64,000 nucleotides of DNA from the NCBI RefSeq assembly GCF_009914755.1, contig NC_060931.1, one strand, 5' to 3'. This DNA is from the human T2T-CHM13v2.0 reference genome, Homo sapiens. Below are positions 11,590 to 26,957 of this stretch, in pieces. The notes beneath the pieces were generated by a model. That model saw only the letters and a list, made by a program, of their open reading frames with translations, searched no databases and was not told where the DNA came from. Made by a program: the position numbers and the translations under genes. The first letter of the stretch is position 1. Every line of letters begins with the position of its first letter.

Positions 11590-12830
11590 TGGTAAGAGAA
11601 ACCTCTGCTTTACAAATGGATGCTACCAAATAAAATATAGAAGGATACAGAATATCAGCATTTGCATCCTGCAGTGAAAATTTGAACAGGCAAGTGCCGT
11701 CAATGCAAAACTAGTTGAAAGCATGTTGGGGAACAGAATAATCTTATTAGAGAATAACCCACAAATTACCAGCAAAGGGGAAAGTATACCCTTAACAATG
11801 GCGGTCACCACCTTAACAAAGTGGTTCAACTTAGCATCACAGTGGTAGGATAGCCTGACAGTAGGAGCTTCCTGATGTGACGAACTACACAGCATCACCA
11901 ACAATTTATGCCAAAAATGTTTAACCTGAATCTAACCAGGTGTATTAGGCTGTTCTTGCATGGCTATAGAGAAATGACTGACACTGAGTAATTTATAAGG
12001 AAAAGAAGTTTAATTGGCTCATGGTTTTGCAGGCTTTGCAGGAAGCATGGTGCTGGCATCTGCTCAGCTTCTAGAAGGAGGAGAGGGGTTGGCACATCAC
12101 ATGACGAAAGCAGGAGCAAGCAAGAGAGAGTGTGGGGGAGGTGCCACATACTTTTAAATGACCAGATCTTTCAAGAACTCACTATCACAAAGACAGCACC
12201 AAGCCATGAAGGATCCACTCTCATGATCCAAACACCTCCCACCACCAGCATTGGGGATTACAATTCAACATCAGGTTTGGGCAGGGACAGATATCCAAAC
12301 TATAACACAAGGTTTACAGAAAATAGAAGGGTTTGAAAAACAAATTAATCCACACCAGGAAGAAACAGACCAAAAATGTGGGTCATTCTCAAGAAAACTG
12401 GTATGTCTGATCTTTTCAAAAAGCCAGTGTCGTGAAACAAATTGCTGGTGGGTATTACTCCGGATTACAAGAGACTAAGGGAACATAACAGTCAAATTCA
12501 GTGTACAAATCTTGATGGGATCTGGCTTAAAAATTATAACTGCTGTAAAAGATGTTTGAGGCAGTTGTAGAAATTTGAATATGGACTGGCTATCAGATAA
12601 CATTAGGAACTTAATGTCTTAGGTGTGATAGTATTTTGGTTGTGTTAGGAAAATATCTTTATTCTTAGGAGTTGCTTATTAAGTATTTCATGAAAGTATC
12701 ATATCTGCAATTCACTTTCACATGGTTCCATGAGAGAGACGAGTGCATAGATAAGGTGATTTTGGCAAAGTTTTAACAATTTTGAATCTAAATAGTAGGC
12801 ATATGGGTGTTTGTTTTATATTTATATTTA
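11590..12830 (+). mobile_element. Old L1M (L1MC/L1ME-type) 3'UTR remnant, interrupted by an MST LTR
   Basis: tgccaaaaatgtttaacctgaatctaa, gaaatttgaatatggactgg, atctgcaattcactttca and ttaacaattttgaatctaaatagtagg resemble old L1M 3' ends. Confidence 0.65.
11941..12307 (-). mobile_element. MaLR solo LTR (MSTA/MSTB-like)
   Basis: Ends are tgtattagg and tataaca. Internal ggaagcatggtgctggcatctgctcagcttct. Approximate 5-bp target site duplication (TSD) ccagg/caagg. Confidence 0.88.
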
Positions 12831-12909
12831 TATTCAGCATAGAGAAAGCTGTGAATTCAGGAAAAGTTTATATGTAATTTCTGAGATTTCTAGCTCATGC
12901 ATGCATTTC

Positions 12910-12981
12910 TGTTTGAGAATGCCTTATCTAGAATTTTTTATCAAGAAATCTGAATGGTGTTTAAGAATATCTTATCTAGAA
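12910..12981. repeat. Imperfect 24-bp direct repeat, period 48
   Basis: tgtttgagaatgccttatctagaa vs tgtttaagaatatcttatctagaa (21/24). Confidence 0.75.
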
Positions 12982-14221
12982 ATATGTTGGCATCTTAATA
13001 TTATGGTTTGGTAGATAAAATGGATTTTTTTAAAAAAAGACTTGCAAAGAAGTGGATGAAATGCTAATATAAGAAAATTAGATTTTATAAGGAACATGTG
13101 ACCAGATAAACTTGTCCTAATTATTGTGAGTCTCTTTAAAGCACATACCTTAGGACATTGTGTGTTGACGCTTTTACTGTTCATAACATATTCTTTAAGA
13201 ATTCTCTCAGAGCCTTAAGATGATTTGTTTTTGAGAAACATCTGAAGTCTCCTGTAGCTTATTCTGATGTTATGAAGTAAGTGACTAAATTTTGATCACA
13301 GAAGTGTGTGACAGGGAAGTAGTGGGATATTCTTTGCCCCTCTTTGTGTCCTGTGATGCTGGTGGAAATTTCAAAGGAAGAGTTTCAAAAGTAGTTTACT
13401 TTGTTCAAACTCTCTAGCCCTAAACCATCAGTGACACCAGTGAGTGTTTCTTATTTTACCTATTTGGGTGTGTTAGATGTATTTTCACTGGGACTATTCT
13501 TTTGGTCAGAGAGCCTAAAGTTAAGTGTTTGAGCTTCTGGTCCTGTGATCTCAGCAACTGGACTTGATTCAGGTGCTTTGACTCAAGGGCACAGTGGTAG
13601 CATCACCAAAAATAGATGAATGGCAGCAGATCCCTAATGGCTGGCTCTCTGCTGGTTGCCCGTCTCAGCTCAGGACTTCCGAGAGGTATAAAACCTCACT
13701 GATAGCCAGGCATAATGGCTAGGGTTTACTCAGAGATGCTGGGGGCTTGAGTGTAGTATTGCTCTGTTGTAGGCTGATAATGGAGTATGTGCCAGGTGGG
13801 GGCAGGATGGTATCCAGGCAGTGTGGGCAAAGGGCTGCAGTTAGTCCCTTGTTACACTCAGTGACAGGTGACTCTGAGCTGTCTGGAAGTAAGATAAAGT
13901 GATTCAAGGATAGGATCCATACCTGAAAGAGAGGTATTCAGAATAGCATTTGAAGTCAGGTAGACTTCAGCTCTTCCAATGGACCTGCAAGAGGTGGTCA
14001 GGAAATATCTCATAGATGAATTAAAGAAGTGTTACATGAAAATGTAAAGGGGCAAACCAAATAAAATGGGTTCATTAGGTCCCAGGACTAGTGGAGGGGC
14101 ATTCATGTTGGAATGGAGAGTAGTGAGAATTGGGGAGGGGTTGCATAGGGGCTTGTTCTTAGGGCAGAGTTTTTCAACAACAGGTATATATAAGAGGTCA
14201 AAATTTAGGAAGTCTGTTAGA

Positions 14222-14340
14222 GAAGATTATAAACTCCATGAGGACAGGAGACATGTCTGCATTGTTCAACACTGGATACTTGATATAATGCCTGGAAAAT
14301 AGTAGATGTGCAGTATAAATTTCCGTTGAATGAGTAAAAA
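14222..14340 (+). mobile_element. L2 3' end
   Basis: gattataaactccatgaggacaggagacatgtctgcattgttca...atgcctggaaaatagtagatgtgc...gttgaatgagt. Confidence 0.75.
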
Positions 14341-14539
14341 TGTTAAGTGGCGAATAAAGGAATGCATGGGGATGATACAGACAAAGCAGTAATCTGTGGT
14401 GGTTGATGGCTGACCTGGTTGTAGAGTACCAGGGGGAATGTGAATATTTTAGATTTCCTCAGAGGCTAGTTTCTGAGATGTTTTGTTTACCAGTGTGGTA
14501 ACCTTCTCATGGCCCTAGCTCAAATGGTAATCAACTAGT

Positions 14540-14680
14540 CTTTGCAGCACAACTGTGAGGTAAACATGCTGTGTCCATTTTAGAGAAGAGGAAACTGAGA
14601 TTCAGAGAGATGAAGGAATTTGCATGAAGGTCCACAACTAAGAAGATAAGATGTGAAACTAGATATTTCAGCTCTTGAAT
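14540..14680 (-). mobile_element. MIR
   Basis: ccattttagagaagaggaaactgagattcagagagatgaagg. Confidence 0.75.
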
Positions 14681-15744
14681 ACAATCTTCTTTTTACTTGA
14701 GCGCTCAATGCTGGGGACAGTTCTGCTTTTCAAGTGGCCTGATAAATAGTATCTTTGTATCATGTGAGAGTTATTAAGACTGTGATAGAAATAAATAAGG
14801 AAAAATTCACATACCAGCCAATCCTCGTTACTCTGCTTATTCCCCTATTCATCATTTGGCTGATTGAATACTGAAGATGATAAAGCTGAATCGGTAGAGC
14901 AATGTGTGATTAAAAAAAAATCTGCTATTCCACTTAATGGGCTACAGTTATTAGAAAGAAATAGAAACCCCAGTTAATGTTAGTATGGGCTACTTATTTA
15001 GGAAAGGAGATTTTTAAATGAAATAAGCCTTTCCTTTTTATTATATTGCTGGAGACAGTTTTCATTTTTGCCCACCTGGTACTTAAATGGTTATTGCTAT
15101 AAGGAAACCAGTCTTACTGATAACTGAATGAAATAAATTAAACAGACACATGCAAACAAATCCAAAATGTGCCTGAGAAAGATGTGGTCTTCTAGCTTTC
15201 AGTCATTCAGTGAGACATTTGGCAGAGATGGGTGCAGCAGATAAAACTGTCATGGTTTTCAGAAGTCATTCCAAGACACCAGAGAGGAAACATGACAGAC
15301 ACTGGAAAGAGACCCTCTTTCAGATATGAGTAATATATATTTTATACTCATATTAATATTTCATTGGAGAGAAGGTCAAAATCTACATTTAAATGGAAAT
15401 ATTTAAAAAGCAGAAGCATAATATTTGACTAAGTGAAACACTCAGGGTTTTTCAAGAACACAAGCTGCACCCCTGGGACCTCAGCTCTCTAGATCTGTTG
15501 TTTCTTAGAGCACGGTAGAATGTTTGAATTCCTTTAGTTTTATCGGTAGATCTTAGCCCTGGCATTTAGGAATCTTAATCCCTCTACTCCCCTTCCATTT
15601 GACCCCGAATTGTGTTACATACTACCTAACAGTGTGTTCAGTGCACAGTATGGCCTCTCTCAGTCCTATAAAATTATTTAAATTTCTGAAAATTCATTTT
15701 TCTGGTCCTGTGAAATGGACATAATAGGATTGTGGAGATGGACA

Positions 15745-16266
15745 TAAATAAGATGCTTTCAATTATGAGTAATGGAAAACCCATCTAACAAAGTATGGTG
15801 GCAAGAAGATGGGAATAGGAGGCCCAGGGTTTATTCAGAGGCTGTGTTCATCCTTCGTTTCCCTCTGCTATTCAAAGTGTGTTAGAATTCACCTTCAGGC
15901 TTCTGACCTCATGATTATAAGATGGCTGCCATTGTTTCAGAATAATTTCTTCATGGCATCTAAAACAAGAAGATGGGATGCCAGGAGCAAAAGAATCTTC
16001 CTGGTACCTTTTTCCTCCTTTTTATCAGAGAAGATGATTTTTCCTCAAAGCCTACAGAAGACTTGCCTTTATGTCTCATTGACCAGACTTGGGTCACATT
16101 ACCACTCCGTTATCCCTGCCCTCAAACTGGCAAAGAGAATCAAGAAGACCTTGATTGGCGTAGATCACTCATGCTTGATTTCCTGAGGCTCGTCTCATTG
16201 CCTCTCTCAGAAACTTGGGGCTCTATTTTTATTAGCTAAGAAGGGCAATGGTTATTGTCTGCCACA
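15745..16266. mobile_element. Old ERVL/MaLR LTR (MLT1/LTR33-like)
   Basis: gatgctttcaattatgagtaatggaaaaccc, aagatggctgcc, tctcattgaccagacttgggtcacat and terminal tgtctgccaca. Confidence 0.55.
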
Positions 16267-17269
16267 GTGATGCTCTTGTGTGAAGTAAAGGTGCATAAAA
16301 TGCATGTCTTCCCTGGACTTTAGTGCATCCTTGGTTTGTAAGTGACTACGATTACATGAATCAGAAATAAATCAGGAAAAGGAAAGTTGGTAATTTTGGC
16401 CTATTCCTGCAGAAATCATAGCAGGGAGGGGAGTGTTTGTGAACGAAGGGAGGGTCCAGTTCTCTAAAGCTGTGCTGGTGAACTACCACTGCATAGGGTG
16501 GCCCTCTGCTGACCCTAGAGCAAGCTGGAGGTGAGACGAGTTTGTCAGGACATCCCAGATTCTTTCTTCTGTACTCTTTCCTCTTCTCTGTTTTCCACCA
16601 ATCCAATCAAAGGCAGTGCTGATGTAGTCAGCACAACTCCTGGGATGCAGGTGCCTGGGGCTGCAATTCTGTTCTGACACTGACTGTGGACATTCTGGTT
16701 CTGGGCAGCCACTTGAGGTAACAATAATGATACACAGTTCCTGCTTTTAAGAGGTTCATGATGAGGAGCTTCACTGCTCCCCTGTTGCTTTATGACAGGA
16801 TGAGGATTCAGACTAAATGACCACTTCCCTCTTTTCTCACTCTCAAGTTTTATGATTTCTTTCAAGTTTATTTGGGATTTTTTTTTTTTGGTCTGTGCCT
16901 TTTGTTAATATATTCTACATGCATTTTGCTTCTAGGCATATTGATATTCACAAAGTTTACCACTGACAGTTGTAGTCTGAGAGTGTACAGAAAAAAACGT
17001 AGTTGACCACTCTATGATTATTCTGGACTCTGTGACTCTCTTAATGCAAGCCAAGACCACATTAGCCTTTTTGGCAGTCTTATTACTTTGTGGCTTTTGT
17101 TGGGTTTGCAGTCATCCAGAATTTCTAAGAACAATATTTGGAAGGTGGCTTTGCAGAGACTTGAGCCACTGAACTTCTCTTGTCATGTGCTTCCTTTACT
17201 TCACTCCTTTCTTTAATATATGCCTGGCATTGGGCCCAGAATCCATAATACGATATTCATAATAAATAC

Positions 17270-17812
17270 CAACATCTTTTGAGCACTCCCTATGTGTCGG
17301 GTGTTACACTAAGTGCTTTACAGGTATTGTTTCATTTAATCCCCACAGCAACTTTCTTCCCCTTTTTCTGGAGACAGAGTCTCCCTCTGTCGCCCAGGCT
17401 GGAGTGCAGTGGCACAATCTTGGCTCACTACAATCTCCACCTCTTGGGTTCAAGTAATTCTCATGCCTCAGCCTTCTGAGTAGCTGGGATTACAGGTGTG
17501 TGCCACCATGTCCAGCTAATTTTTGTGTTTTTAGTAGAGACAGGGTTTCACCATGTTGGCCAGGCTGGTCTCAAACTCCTGGCCTCAAGTGATCCGCCTG
17601 CCTTGGCCTCCAAAGTGCTGGGATTACAGGCATGAGCCACCACACCCGGCCCCCACATCAGCTTTCTAATCTAGGTGTTAATAATTCCCATTTTACAGAT
17701 GAGAAAACAATATGGAGCAAGCTAAGTCATTTGAGCAAAGTTATATAGTAGCAGGTGGTTGAGGCAGGACTAGAATCTAGGCAATCTAGTAGCACAGCCC
17801 AGGCTCTTAACC
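17270..17812 (-). mobile_element. MIR split by an Alu
   Basis: gagcact..ctatgtgtc...taagtgctttaca...catttaatccccacagcaac, then the Alu, then cccattttacagatgagaaaac...gctcttaacc. Confidence 0.8.
17358..17651 (-). mobile_element. AluS, full length
   Basis: Complete dimer. TSD cccacagcaactttct (17342-17357) and cccacatcagctttct (17652-17667). Confidence 0.97.
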
Positions 17813-19256
17813 TTGAAATGCACCTTAAGGCATTTTATAAATTTGTCTTACTTTCCTTAATTTTTCCCCTCTCCCCTACCCCCCAGTACATGCATAATTG
17901 CTTTAAATATTATTACTTGTCCTGTCTTTCAAGCTGGCTTAATAGAACATACGACGTAGAGATCAAAAGTTACAGAGTACTAAAGCCGTAGAATAAGAGT
18001 TTCTTTATTCATTAATTCATCCTTTAATTCCTGATTGACTCAGTTCCTGAGGTATTACACTGAGCGTGTGGATAGAGAGAGGAAAAAGACCTAGCATTCT
18101 GCCTTTGAGGAGTTCACAAAGTCATATGGTAAATGGTGGGCCTGAGATTCTTGTCCCGCAGCAAATTCTGTCATTCTTTGTAGATCATGGGGAAAACTTT
18201 GCATTTTGCTCTAAGTGTGCTGAGTTCAGAGTGTAACATCTACTTTGCTCCGCCATAGCCTTTAAAACAGGATTCATCTCTGAGCCTCAGCACCAGTACA
18301 TCTCTGGGAATCTACCTGGCCTTCTTCATTATGTCCTGCTTCCCTGACCTACATTTTTTTCCTTTTTCAGATTGATTTGTTGTTCAAAAGGCCGGTGCCC
18401 CTGGAATGAGGACCTACAAGCTTACTTTTATACTAGAAAATAAAAGACTAGAAGAATCAAGCCTTTGCTCAGATCATACTTTGTGAGGTGGGCAAGAGTA
18501 GAAAGCCGAACACTTGAACGTGAGAGCGAGGAGGGAGCCACAGATGAAGGTTGAGGACAGAGAAAGGGAAGCTGGAGGGCTCTAAACTTGCAGAGGCCTG
18601 ACCTGGCACTTCATCTGTCGCCTCTGAAAACAGCTCTGCTCTTGCTCTTGCTCTATTCTCATCCAAGTACTAGGCGATCCTCCTTTTATCACTTCCCAGT
18701 TTCTTCCTTTAGTTTCCTCTAAGGTCATTCCTCCTTTGCACTGGATTTACTTTGGAGTAACAGTTGTTGGTGGGAGGTTCTGATTCTGCAGAGAGAGAAA
18801 CTGAGGCATGGGATAGAGAACAGCCATCTGTACTTTGTCCTGTAAGTCATTAGAGACTGGCAGAGCCTTGTCATAGATCCCGTGGTTTGCTGTAAGCCAC
18901 AGGTGGCCCTCATACCCTCATAGGAATAGGGACCTTCTTCCTTCCTTAACATGATTGGATTTTGTTTTTACCTGAAAATACGAGCTACTTCTAACAGAAG
19001 GAAAGACGATTGCAGCCTGTACTGCATTGCCCCTATCTGTAACCCCATTAAGAGGTTGTAAATAGTACTATAATGATATCTCAGTCATTTGTTTTGATGT
19101 ATCCAGGCTTTTAATAAATCAGCCGCAGCTTGCTTAATAGGAATATGAGAGCAGAGCACGTTGCTGCCAGCAGCTGCTAGTAAATTATAAAGCATTCATC
19201 TGTTTTACAAGGGAATTAAATGTTTGTTCTCTTTAAAGGGTTTTGACTAAACAAGG

Positions 19257-19294
19257 GTGTGTGCGTGTGTGTTTGTGTGTGTGTGCACACACAC
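19257..19294. repeat. Imperfect (TG)n followed by (CA)n
   Basis: gtgtgtgcgtgtgtgtttgtgtgtgtgtgcacacacaca. Confidence 0.85.
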
Positions 19295-19747
19295 AGTGGC
19301 TTCCTGCCCATGCCCTCCCAGGTACAGTAGCAACCTCAGGTTCCTGGGGAACACCTGTAACCAAAGCCATATGAATTAGAGTGCCCCCAGGTAAACCCTG
19401 TCATTATTGGTCTCTGCTCTGCGTGCATCTCTAAAGCAATATTTGTTGGATTACATTTGTCTTCCACGTCAAAGGATTCTGTGAAATACAAGTCCCATTT
19501 CCCGCTTTCTCCTTTTTTTCTTAAGACTGTCTAGGGAAGGAGCTTTAGATAAACTATACATCCAGCACAACATTCAATTGTCTGCACAATTGAGTTAGCC
19601 TACTTTATTTGACTTTTATGTTTACATTTGAAGTGGACTCCCCCCGCCCCCCGCCACCACCTTTTCGACACCCTTGGTTTTATTGACTAAATAATCTTCA
19701 GAAGACAAGACATCAGAGTTGGTGCTTTTGGTGGAAATTAAACCACA

Positions 19748-20011
<264 letters not shown>

Positions 20012-20791
20012 CTACTTATCTTGTGACCTTCAACAAGTTATATAGGTTTTTAAAATCTATTACTTTATTTTTTGTTACTTTTAAATTTGGAAATAATTGC
20101 AGATTTATAGGAGGTTGCCAAAATAATATAGAGAGATCCAGGGTGACCTTCACCTAGTACAATATATGTGTATAGCTCTATGTCGTTCTTTGACATGTGT
20201 ACATTATGTAACCATCACTGCAGTAAAAGCACAGAACTGTTTCATCATCACGAAGATCTCCCTATTGCTTCCTTTTTATAACAACTTCTACCACCTTCCC
20301 TATCCTCCCCTCCACTGTCTTACCTCCTGGCAAGTACTAATCTGCCTTCCATCTTTATAAATTTTATTCATTTAAAAATTATATAAATGTTATTACACAT
20401 TTGTATTTATATAAAATATAAAATATATCACATAAATATGAAAATATGAAATATATACATTAAATCATACAGTACATGGCTTTTTGAGGTTGACTTTTTA
20501 AACTCACTGTAATGCTATCCATCAACCTTGTTGCTTGCTTTTATGAATGTTTATTCTTTATTACTACCTAGTAGTATTCCATGGTGTGGACACATCAGAG
20601 TTTGTTTAATCATTCGCTTATTGAGGAACATTTTGATTCTTTTTACTTTTGGGCTATTATAAATAAAGCTGCTAGGAACAATTATTTACAGGTGTTTTGT
20701 GTGGAAGTAAATTTTCATTTCTGTGGGATAAACACTCAGGATTGTAATTGCTGAGTTTTATAGTGTTTGGTTTTTAAGAAATGTCAGACTT

Positions 20792-21236
<445 letters not shown>

Positions 21237-22211
21237 AGACTTTTCCAGAGTGACTGTACCATTGTACATTCCCAGCAGCAGTGTATGAGGGAATCAGCAT
21301 CCTTGCCAGGATTTGGAATTGTTGCTGTTTTTTAATATGGCTGTTCTGATAGGTGTGTAATGATATCTCATTGTGATTAATTTGGATTTCCCTAATGGTT
21401 AGTGATGGCAGACATTTTTATGTGCTTATTTGCCATTTGTATGTCCTCTTTGATGAAATGTCTGTTCATGTCTTTTGCCCATTCTTTTGGATTATTTGAC
21501 TTTTACTGTTAAGTTTTGAAATGTTCTTTATGTATTCTAGATATCAGTATCTTGTCTGATGTATGGTTTGCAAATATTTTCTCAGTCTGGAGCTTGGCTT
21601 TTCATTATTATAACAGGATGCTTTGCAGAGCAAAGGTTTTTAATTTTGGTGAGGTCAAATTTATCAGCATTTTATTTTATGGAGTATGCTTTTGATGTCA
21701 TGTCTAAGAAACTCTTCACCAAACCCATAGGTCCTGAAGATTGGCTCCTATGTCTTCATCAGAAGCTTAAGCTTTACATTTTACATTTAAATGTATGACC
21801 CATTTTAAATTAAGTTTTGTGTAAGTATGAGGTTTAGGTTGAGGCTTATTTATTTTTTGCCTATGAATAATCTAATTGCTTCAACACTGTTTAAAAGGCA
21901 TTTCTTCTAACATTGAATTGCTTTTGGATCGTTGTCAAATATCAGTTGGCCATAGTTTTGTGGGACTGTTTCTAGGTTCTCTATTCTGTCCGTTGATCTG
22001 CGTGTCTGTCCCTTCGCCAGTCCCTTACTGTATTGATTACAGTATAACTATTTAGTAAGTTTTGAAATCATATAGAGTGATTCCTCTTACTGTATTCTTT
22101 TTTGTTAATAGTTTCAGGTATTCTAGTTTCTTTCCATGTAAATTTTTAGAACAATCTTGAACGTATTTACAAAAATTTTGCAGGGATTTTGATAGGAATT
22201 ATGATGAATAC

Positions 22212-22347
22212 TTTTATTTTTATGTTTTGTAGAGACAGTGTCTCGCCATGTTGCTCAGGCTGGTCTTAAACACCTGGACACAAGCAATCCCCCCACCTTC
22301 GCCTCCCAAAGTGCCAGGATTACAGGCGTAAGCCACTGCGCCTGGCC
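22212..22347 (-). mobile_element. FLAM / Alu left monomer
   Basis: gtagagacagtgtctcgccatgttgctcagg through gccactgcgcctggcc. Confidence 0.9.
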
Positions 22348-23185
22348 CATATGTGAAATCTGCATATCAATTTTGGGAGATTTGATATCTTTGCTATACT
22401 GAACTTTCCCATCCATGAACACTATATGCCTTTCCTTTTATTTAGATCATCTTTGATTTCTTTCCATCAGCAATTTGTAGTTTTTAGCATACAGGTCCTA
22501 TACATCTTTTGTTAGATTTGCATCTAAATATTTCATTTTTCTGAGACATTATACATAACATTGTAATTTTGATTTTGCTTTTCCTGTGTTCATTGTTAGT
22601 ATATTGAAATACAATTTGTTTTTGCATGTTGGTCTTCAACTTTGCAGAGTTGACTTCTAGGAGTTTTTATTTAGATTTTTTGGGATTTTTGTAAGCATAT
22701 CATCTATACGAGCATGTCATCTATAAACAGGGACAGTTTTATTATTTACTTTCTGATATACCTTTTCCTTTTATTGCCTTATTATGCTGGTTGGAGCTTC
22801 AGTACTATGCTGAATAGTGGTAGTGAGAGTGGACATGCTTGTCTTGTTCCAAATCTGAAGTGAACAAGCATTAGGTCTTTCCCTACTAAATTTGATGTTA
22901 GTTGTAGGTTTTTGGGTAGTTGTTCTTTGAAGCTGAGGAAATTCCTTTCTATTCTTGGTTTTTATAAATATGTATTGAATGCTTTTTTGCATCAACTATG
23001 ATGGATTATGTTGATTGGTTTTTGAATATTGAACCAGCTTTGCATCCCTGGAATAAATCCCATTTGGTCAGGATGTATAATTCTTTTTATATATTGCTAA
23101 ATTTTGTTTACTAATATTTTGTTAAGGACTTTTGTGTTTATAAGAGGTAGTATGTGATTTTTTTTTTCTTTGCTGGTATTTTTAG

Positions 23186-23550
<365 letters not shown>

Positions 23551-24949
23551 CCTGCTTTTCTAATGTTATCATTTATTGCTAAAAGTTTACCGTTAGTACT
23601 GCTTGTGTCCCCTAAACTTGGTATGTTGTAATTTCATTTTCATTCAGTTCAGGTCATTGTTTAAGTTATTTTGAGGCTTCCTGTTTGACCCATAGATTAT
23701 TTGCCAGTGTGTTTTTTAGTTCCCAAGTTTTTTTAGATTTTCCTGTTATCTTTCTGTTATTTATGTCTGCTTTTCTTTCATTGTGGTCAGAGAATACACT
23801 GTATATGATTTCAGTTCTTTTAAATTTGCTAAGGTTTGTATTATATCCCAGGATATGGTCTATGTTATTTGTTCTGAGGTCATTTAAAAAAAAATGTGGC
23901 TTATGCTTTGTTAAGTGTAGTGTGCTATAAATGTCAGTTAGATCCTAGCCTGTTGATGGCATTGTTGAAATCTTTTACATTTGCTGATTTTCTGTCTAGT
24001 TGCTCTATCAATTAATTGTTGATAAAGGGGCATTTTAGTCTCCAACTACCTTTTGTCTATTTCTCTTTTCAGTTCTGTCAGTGTTTGCTTCACACTTTAC
24101 AACTCCATTTTTTTGCCACAAATACATTTGGGATTACTATATTTGCTTGATTGATTGACTTACATATCATTTTTAATGTCCCTCTCTGTTTCTACTAATT
24201 TTCTATGTTCTGAAGTCTACTTATTTTATTCATGTAGGTACTCCTGTTTTCTTTTGACTGTTTTCATTGTATATATTTTTCATATTTTTACTTTTTACAT
24301 ATATTTATCATTATACTTGAAGTGAGTTTATGGATAGCATATAGTTCATGCTTTTTTATTCATTCAACCAATCTGTATTTTAATTGGTATATTTAGTCAC
24401 TGTACCTTTAATGAAATTATTGGTGTGTTAGAAGACCCAGGCAGCTCATCACTTTGAAGTTCCTTGCATCCTAAGGTCCCTAGCAGTTCTGCCTGTTCTC
24501 TCTACCTTCAAGAATCTTTTAATGTTCATGTTATATATATAACACCCAGGAATTGTTTTACTGTACTTAGCAGAAATGATAGGAAAAGTACATCTGTTCC
24601 ATCTTTCTGGAACTGCTTCTTTACTTTTAAAATTAAAAAAAATTATTGATACACCTATACCACAATATTGCTGTAAGTGAGATGAAAGTGAAAAAGGATT
24701 CAACATTTAAATTCTATTTGGACATCAGTTATTATATCTAAGTGATATATGAAATCATGTTGCTCTAGAACAATATTAACAGATTTTATGAGGTTCCCTT
24801 ATAGGAATGAAAATTTATACGTGTACTCTTTCTTTCTCTTTGACACCACTCTACCCTTTTCTCCTTCTCTAACATATTCCATTAAGAAATTTTACTCAAA
24901 CTTATGCTTTGCAGTTGGAATACCCTAATACCGATTATAAGTCCTGAAT

Positions 24950-25165
24950 CATTTATTAAGTACCTTGTAATTGCCCAGCACTGTGCTACCAATGCCTTTC
25001 AGTGACTTTCTAAATTCACCCTGTTAGGTATAATTATCTTACTGTGTAGCTGAGGAAACAGAGGCTTAGAGAAGTCAAGTGATTTGCTAAGGTCACTTAG
25101 CTAGGGAGTGTTAAAACTGGGACTTGAATACAGGTCTTAGAGTTTAAAGTTCATGCTCTTAACCT
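24950..25165 (-). mobile_element. MIR
   Basis: tgaggaaacagaggcttagagaagtcaagtgatttgctaaggtcac...catgctcttaacc. Confidence 0.8.
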
Positions 25166-26924
25166 TTATGTTTTACTTCCTCCCTGTATTCTCTTGTACT
25201 TCATCAACCTGAATTCTTTAGAGCTTTTTGATCTGTTGGGACCTAGTTTGAATTCTTAAGCATTTTATTATTTTTATTTGCTTCAATGAAAGGTAAAAGA
25301 TATAACCTAGATTTTATCCATTGCTAGTTTCTTTTAGTGCCATAGTGGTTTTATCTGTCAGCGTGTCTGTGTGTTTCTTAATGTTCCTAGCAAAATTTAA
25401 GATGTGATCTAGTAACTGTATTCTTCCAATTGATTCATCTTTAGTGTCACTTTAATTTTATTTTTGAAAAATTAACGTTATCTTCTCATTTCTCTGTTGG
25501 AGTGTGATTGAGTGATTAATTCAGCAATTATTTATAGAGCCTACTGTGTGATAATTATTGTGCGAGATGCTGGGGATATTCAGTAATTATGTGTTTCTTT
25601 GTTCTTGTAATTGTTCTGTGACTTTAGTTACATCTTTCTTCAGAATCTTTCAATTCACAAGTCATCTGTAAGATTTCACTCATTTTCTATTTCTAGAGTG
25701 TAGTCCAGAAACCATATGTGTTTGTGGGAGTTTGGTTTAATTTTGGGGAAGATATTGATACTTCTAAAGTTAGGTACACCATGGTCTACTGTTTACTTTT
25801 CAATGCAAATAGAGACTTTATTGATGAATGCTTTCCTTCTCAAGTACATGTTTTGAGATTGGTGAAAATCTACAGAAAACAAATAATTTTACCCCTTACG
25901 CTGAATGCTGGGAAAAGAAAGGGTCTTGTCTATAAATTAAGAGCATTACCTATGAGCTTCACAATGTACGTGATGGACCTAGTCTGTGTAAAATGAAGAT
26001 TCTAGAAGCAGAAGAAAATGGCTTCAAAAGCAAATCAGAGGTTATAGTTCATGGACAAGCTAAGTACTAAACCAATCTTATTGTTGTGAAATTAACATTT
26101 TCTGTTTTATCTCTGTGGTATCACGGAATTTTATTATTGGACAGGCTAATAGAGATCTGTTTGAGCAGCCTATTCATTTTATAGACAAGAAACCTGACAC
26201 CTGTAGAGGTAAAATGACTTTTAAGGCCTTTTGTGATTTAGCCTCCAAACTTGAAGACCTGGGCCCTTGTTACTGTATCCTCTGGACTGCATTTTAGTAA
26301 TATTTTATCATTTCATTATAGTCTCATACTTACCCAATATTCTTCCTTTACAGGGTTTCAGTTTTCTCAACTCAAGAGAGTAGATAAGGCACTTAATGTA
26401 GTTCATTTCTAGTTGGAGTCTGTAAAGGTTTATGAATTGCTTTGTTAATCCACGTCACTTTGTATCTTAGCTTTCTAGACTTTAAATGTTGGTTGTAGTC
26501 CGTATAACTGCCAGACTTAACTTATAATGAATGCCTTCAGGTAGGTAGATATTTGTTTGTGTGTGTTCCGTAAAGAACAAACAAGGGGCTAAGAATTATC
26601 AACTCTTGCTGTGAGGGCCCCTTAGCCAGGCTTCCACCCTCTGCCTCTTCAGTCTTAGGGACTTGTCAACCAACTTCTGCTTCAGGGCCTCAGGGATGGT
26701 GGGTGGTGGGGACCTTAGGTTGGCTAATTTTACCATGGCATGACTTCCATTTTTAAGAGTTATTTTCTTGGATTGAGACACAGTTAGCTTGCCTGTGGCT
26801 TCCCCGCAGTGATTCTTCTGAGTGGATGGAATAAATCAAGTTTCTCTGTGTTTCCTGACTAAATATTGCAGGTTGTTTGTGCCATTCCTCACTTTTTGGA
26901 TTTTAGATAATTCACTATTCTACA

Positions 26925-26957
26925 TGCTTCATTTTTTTTATGTTTCCTCAGGTGAGC
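26925..26957 (+). other. Candidate recursive splice site (3' splice site abutting a 5' splice site)
   Basis: ttcattttttttatgtttcctcAG|GTGAGc, with AG at 26950-26951 and GT at 26952-26953. Confidence 0.3.

Noticed and set aside
18350-18450. Strong acceptor ttttttcctttttcag as a coding exon start
   Set aside because: All three frames reach a stop before any convincing donor.
19640-19662. C-rich GC-box or G-quadruplex as a promoter
   Set aside because: It is isolated, lacks four G3 runs and has no CpG island around it.
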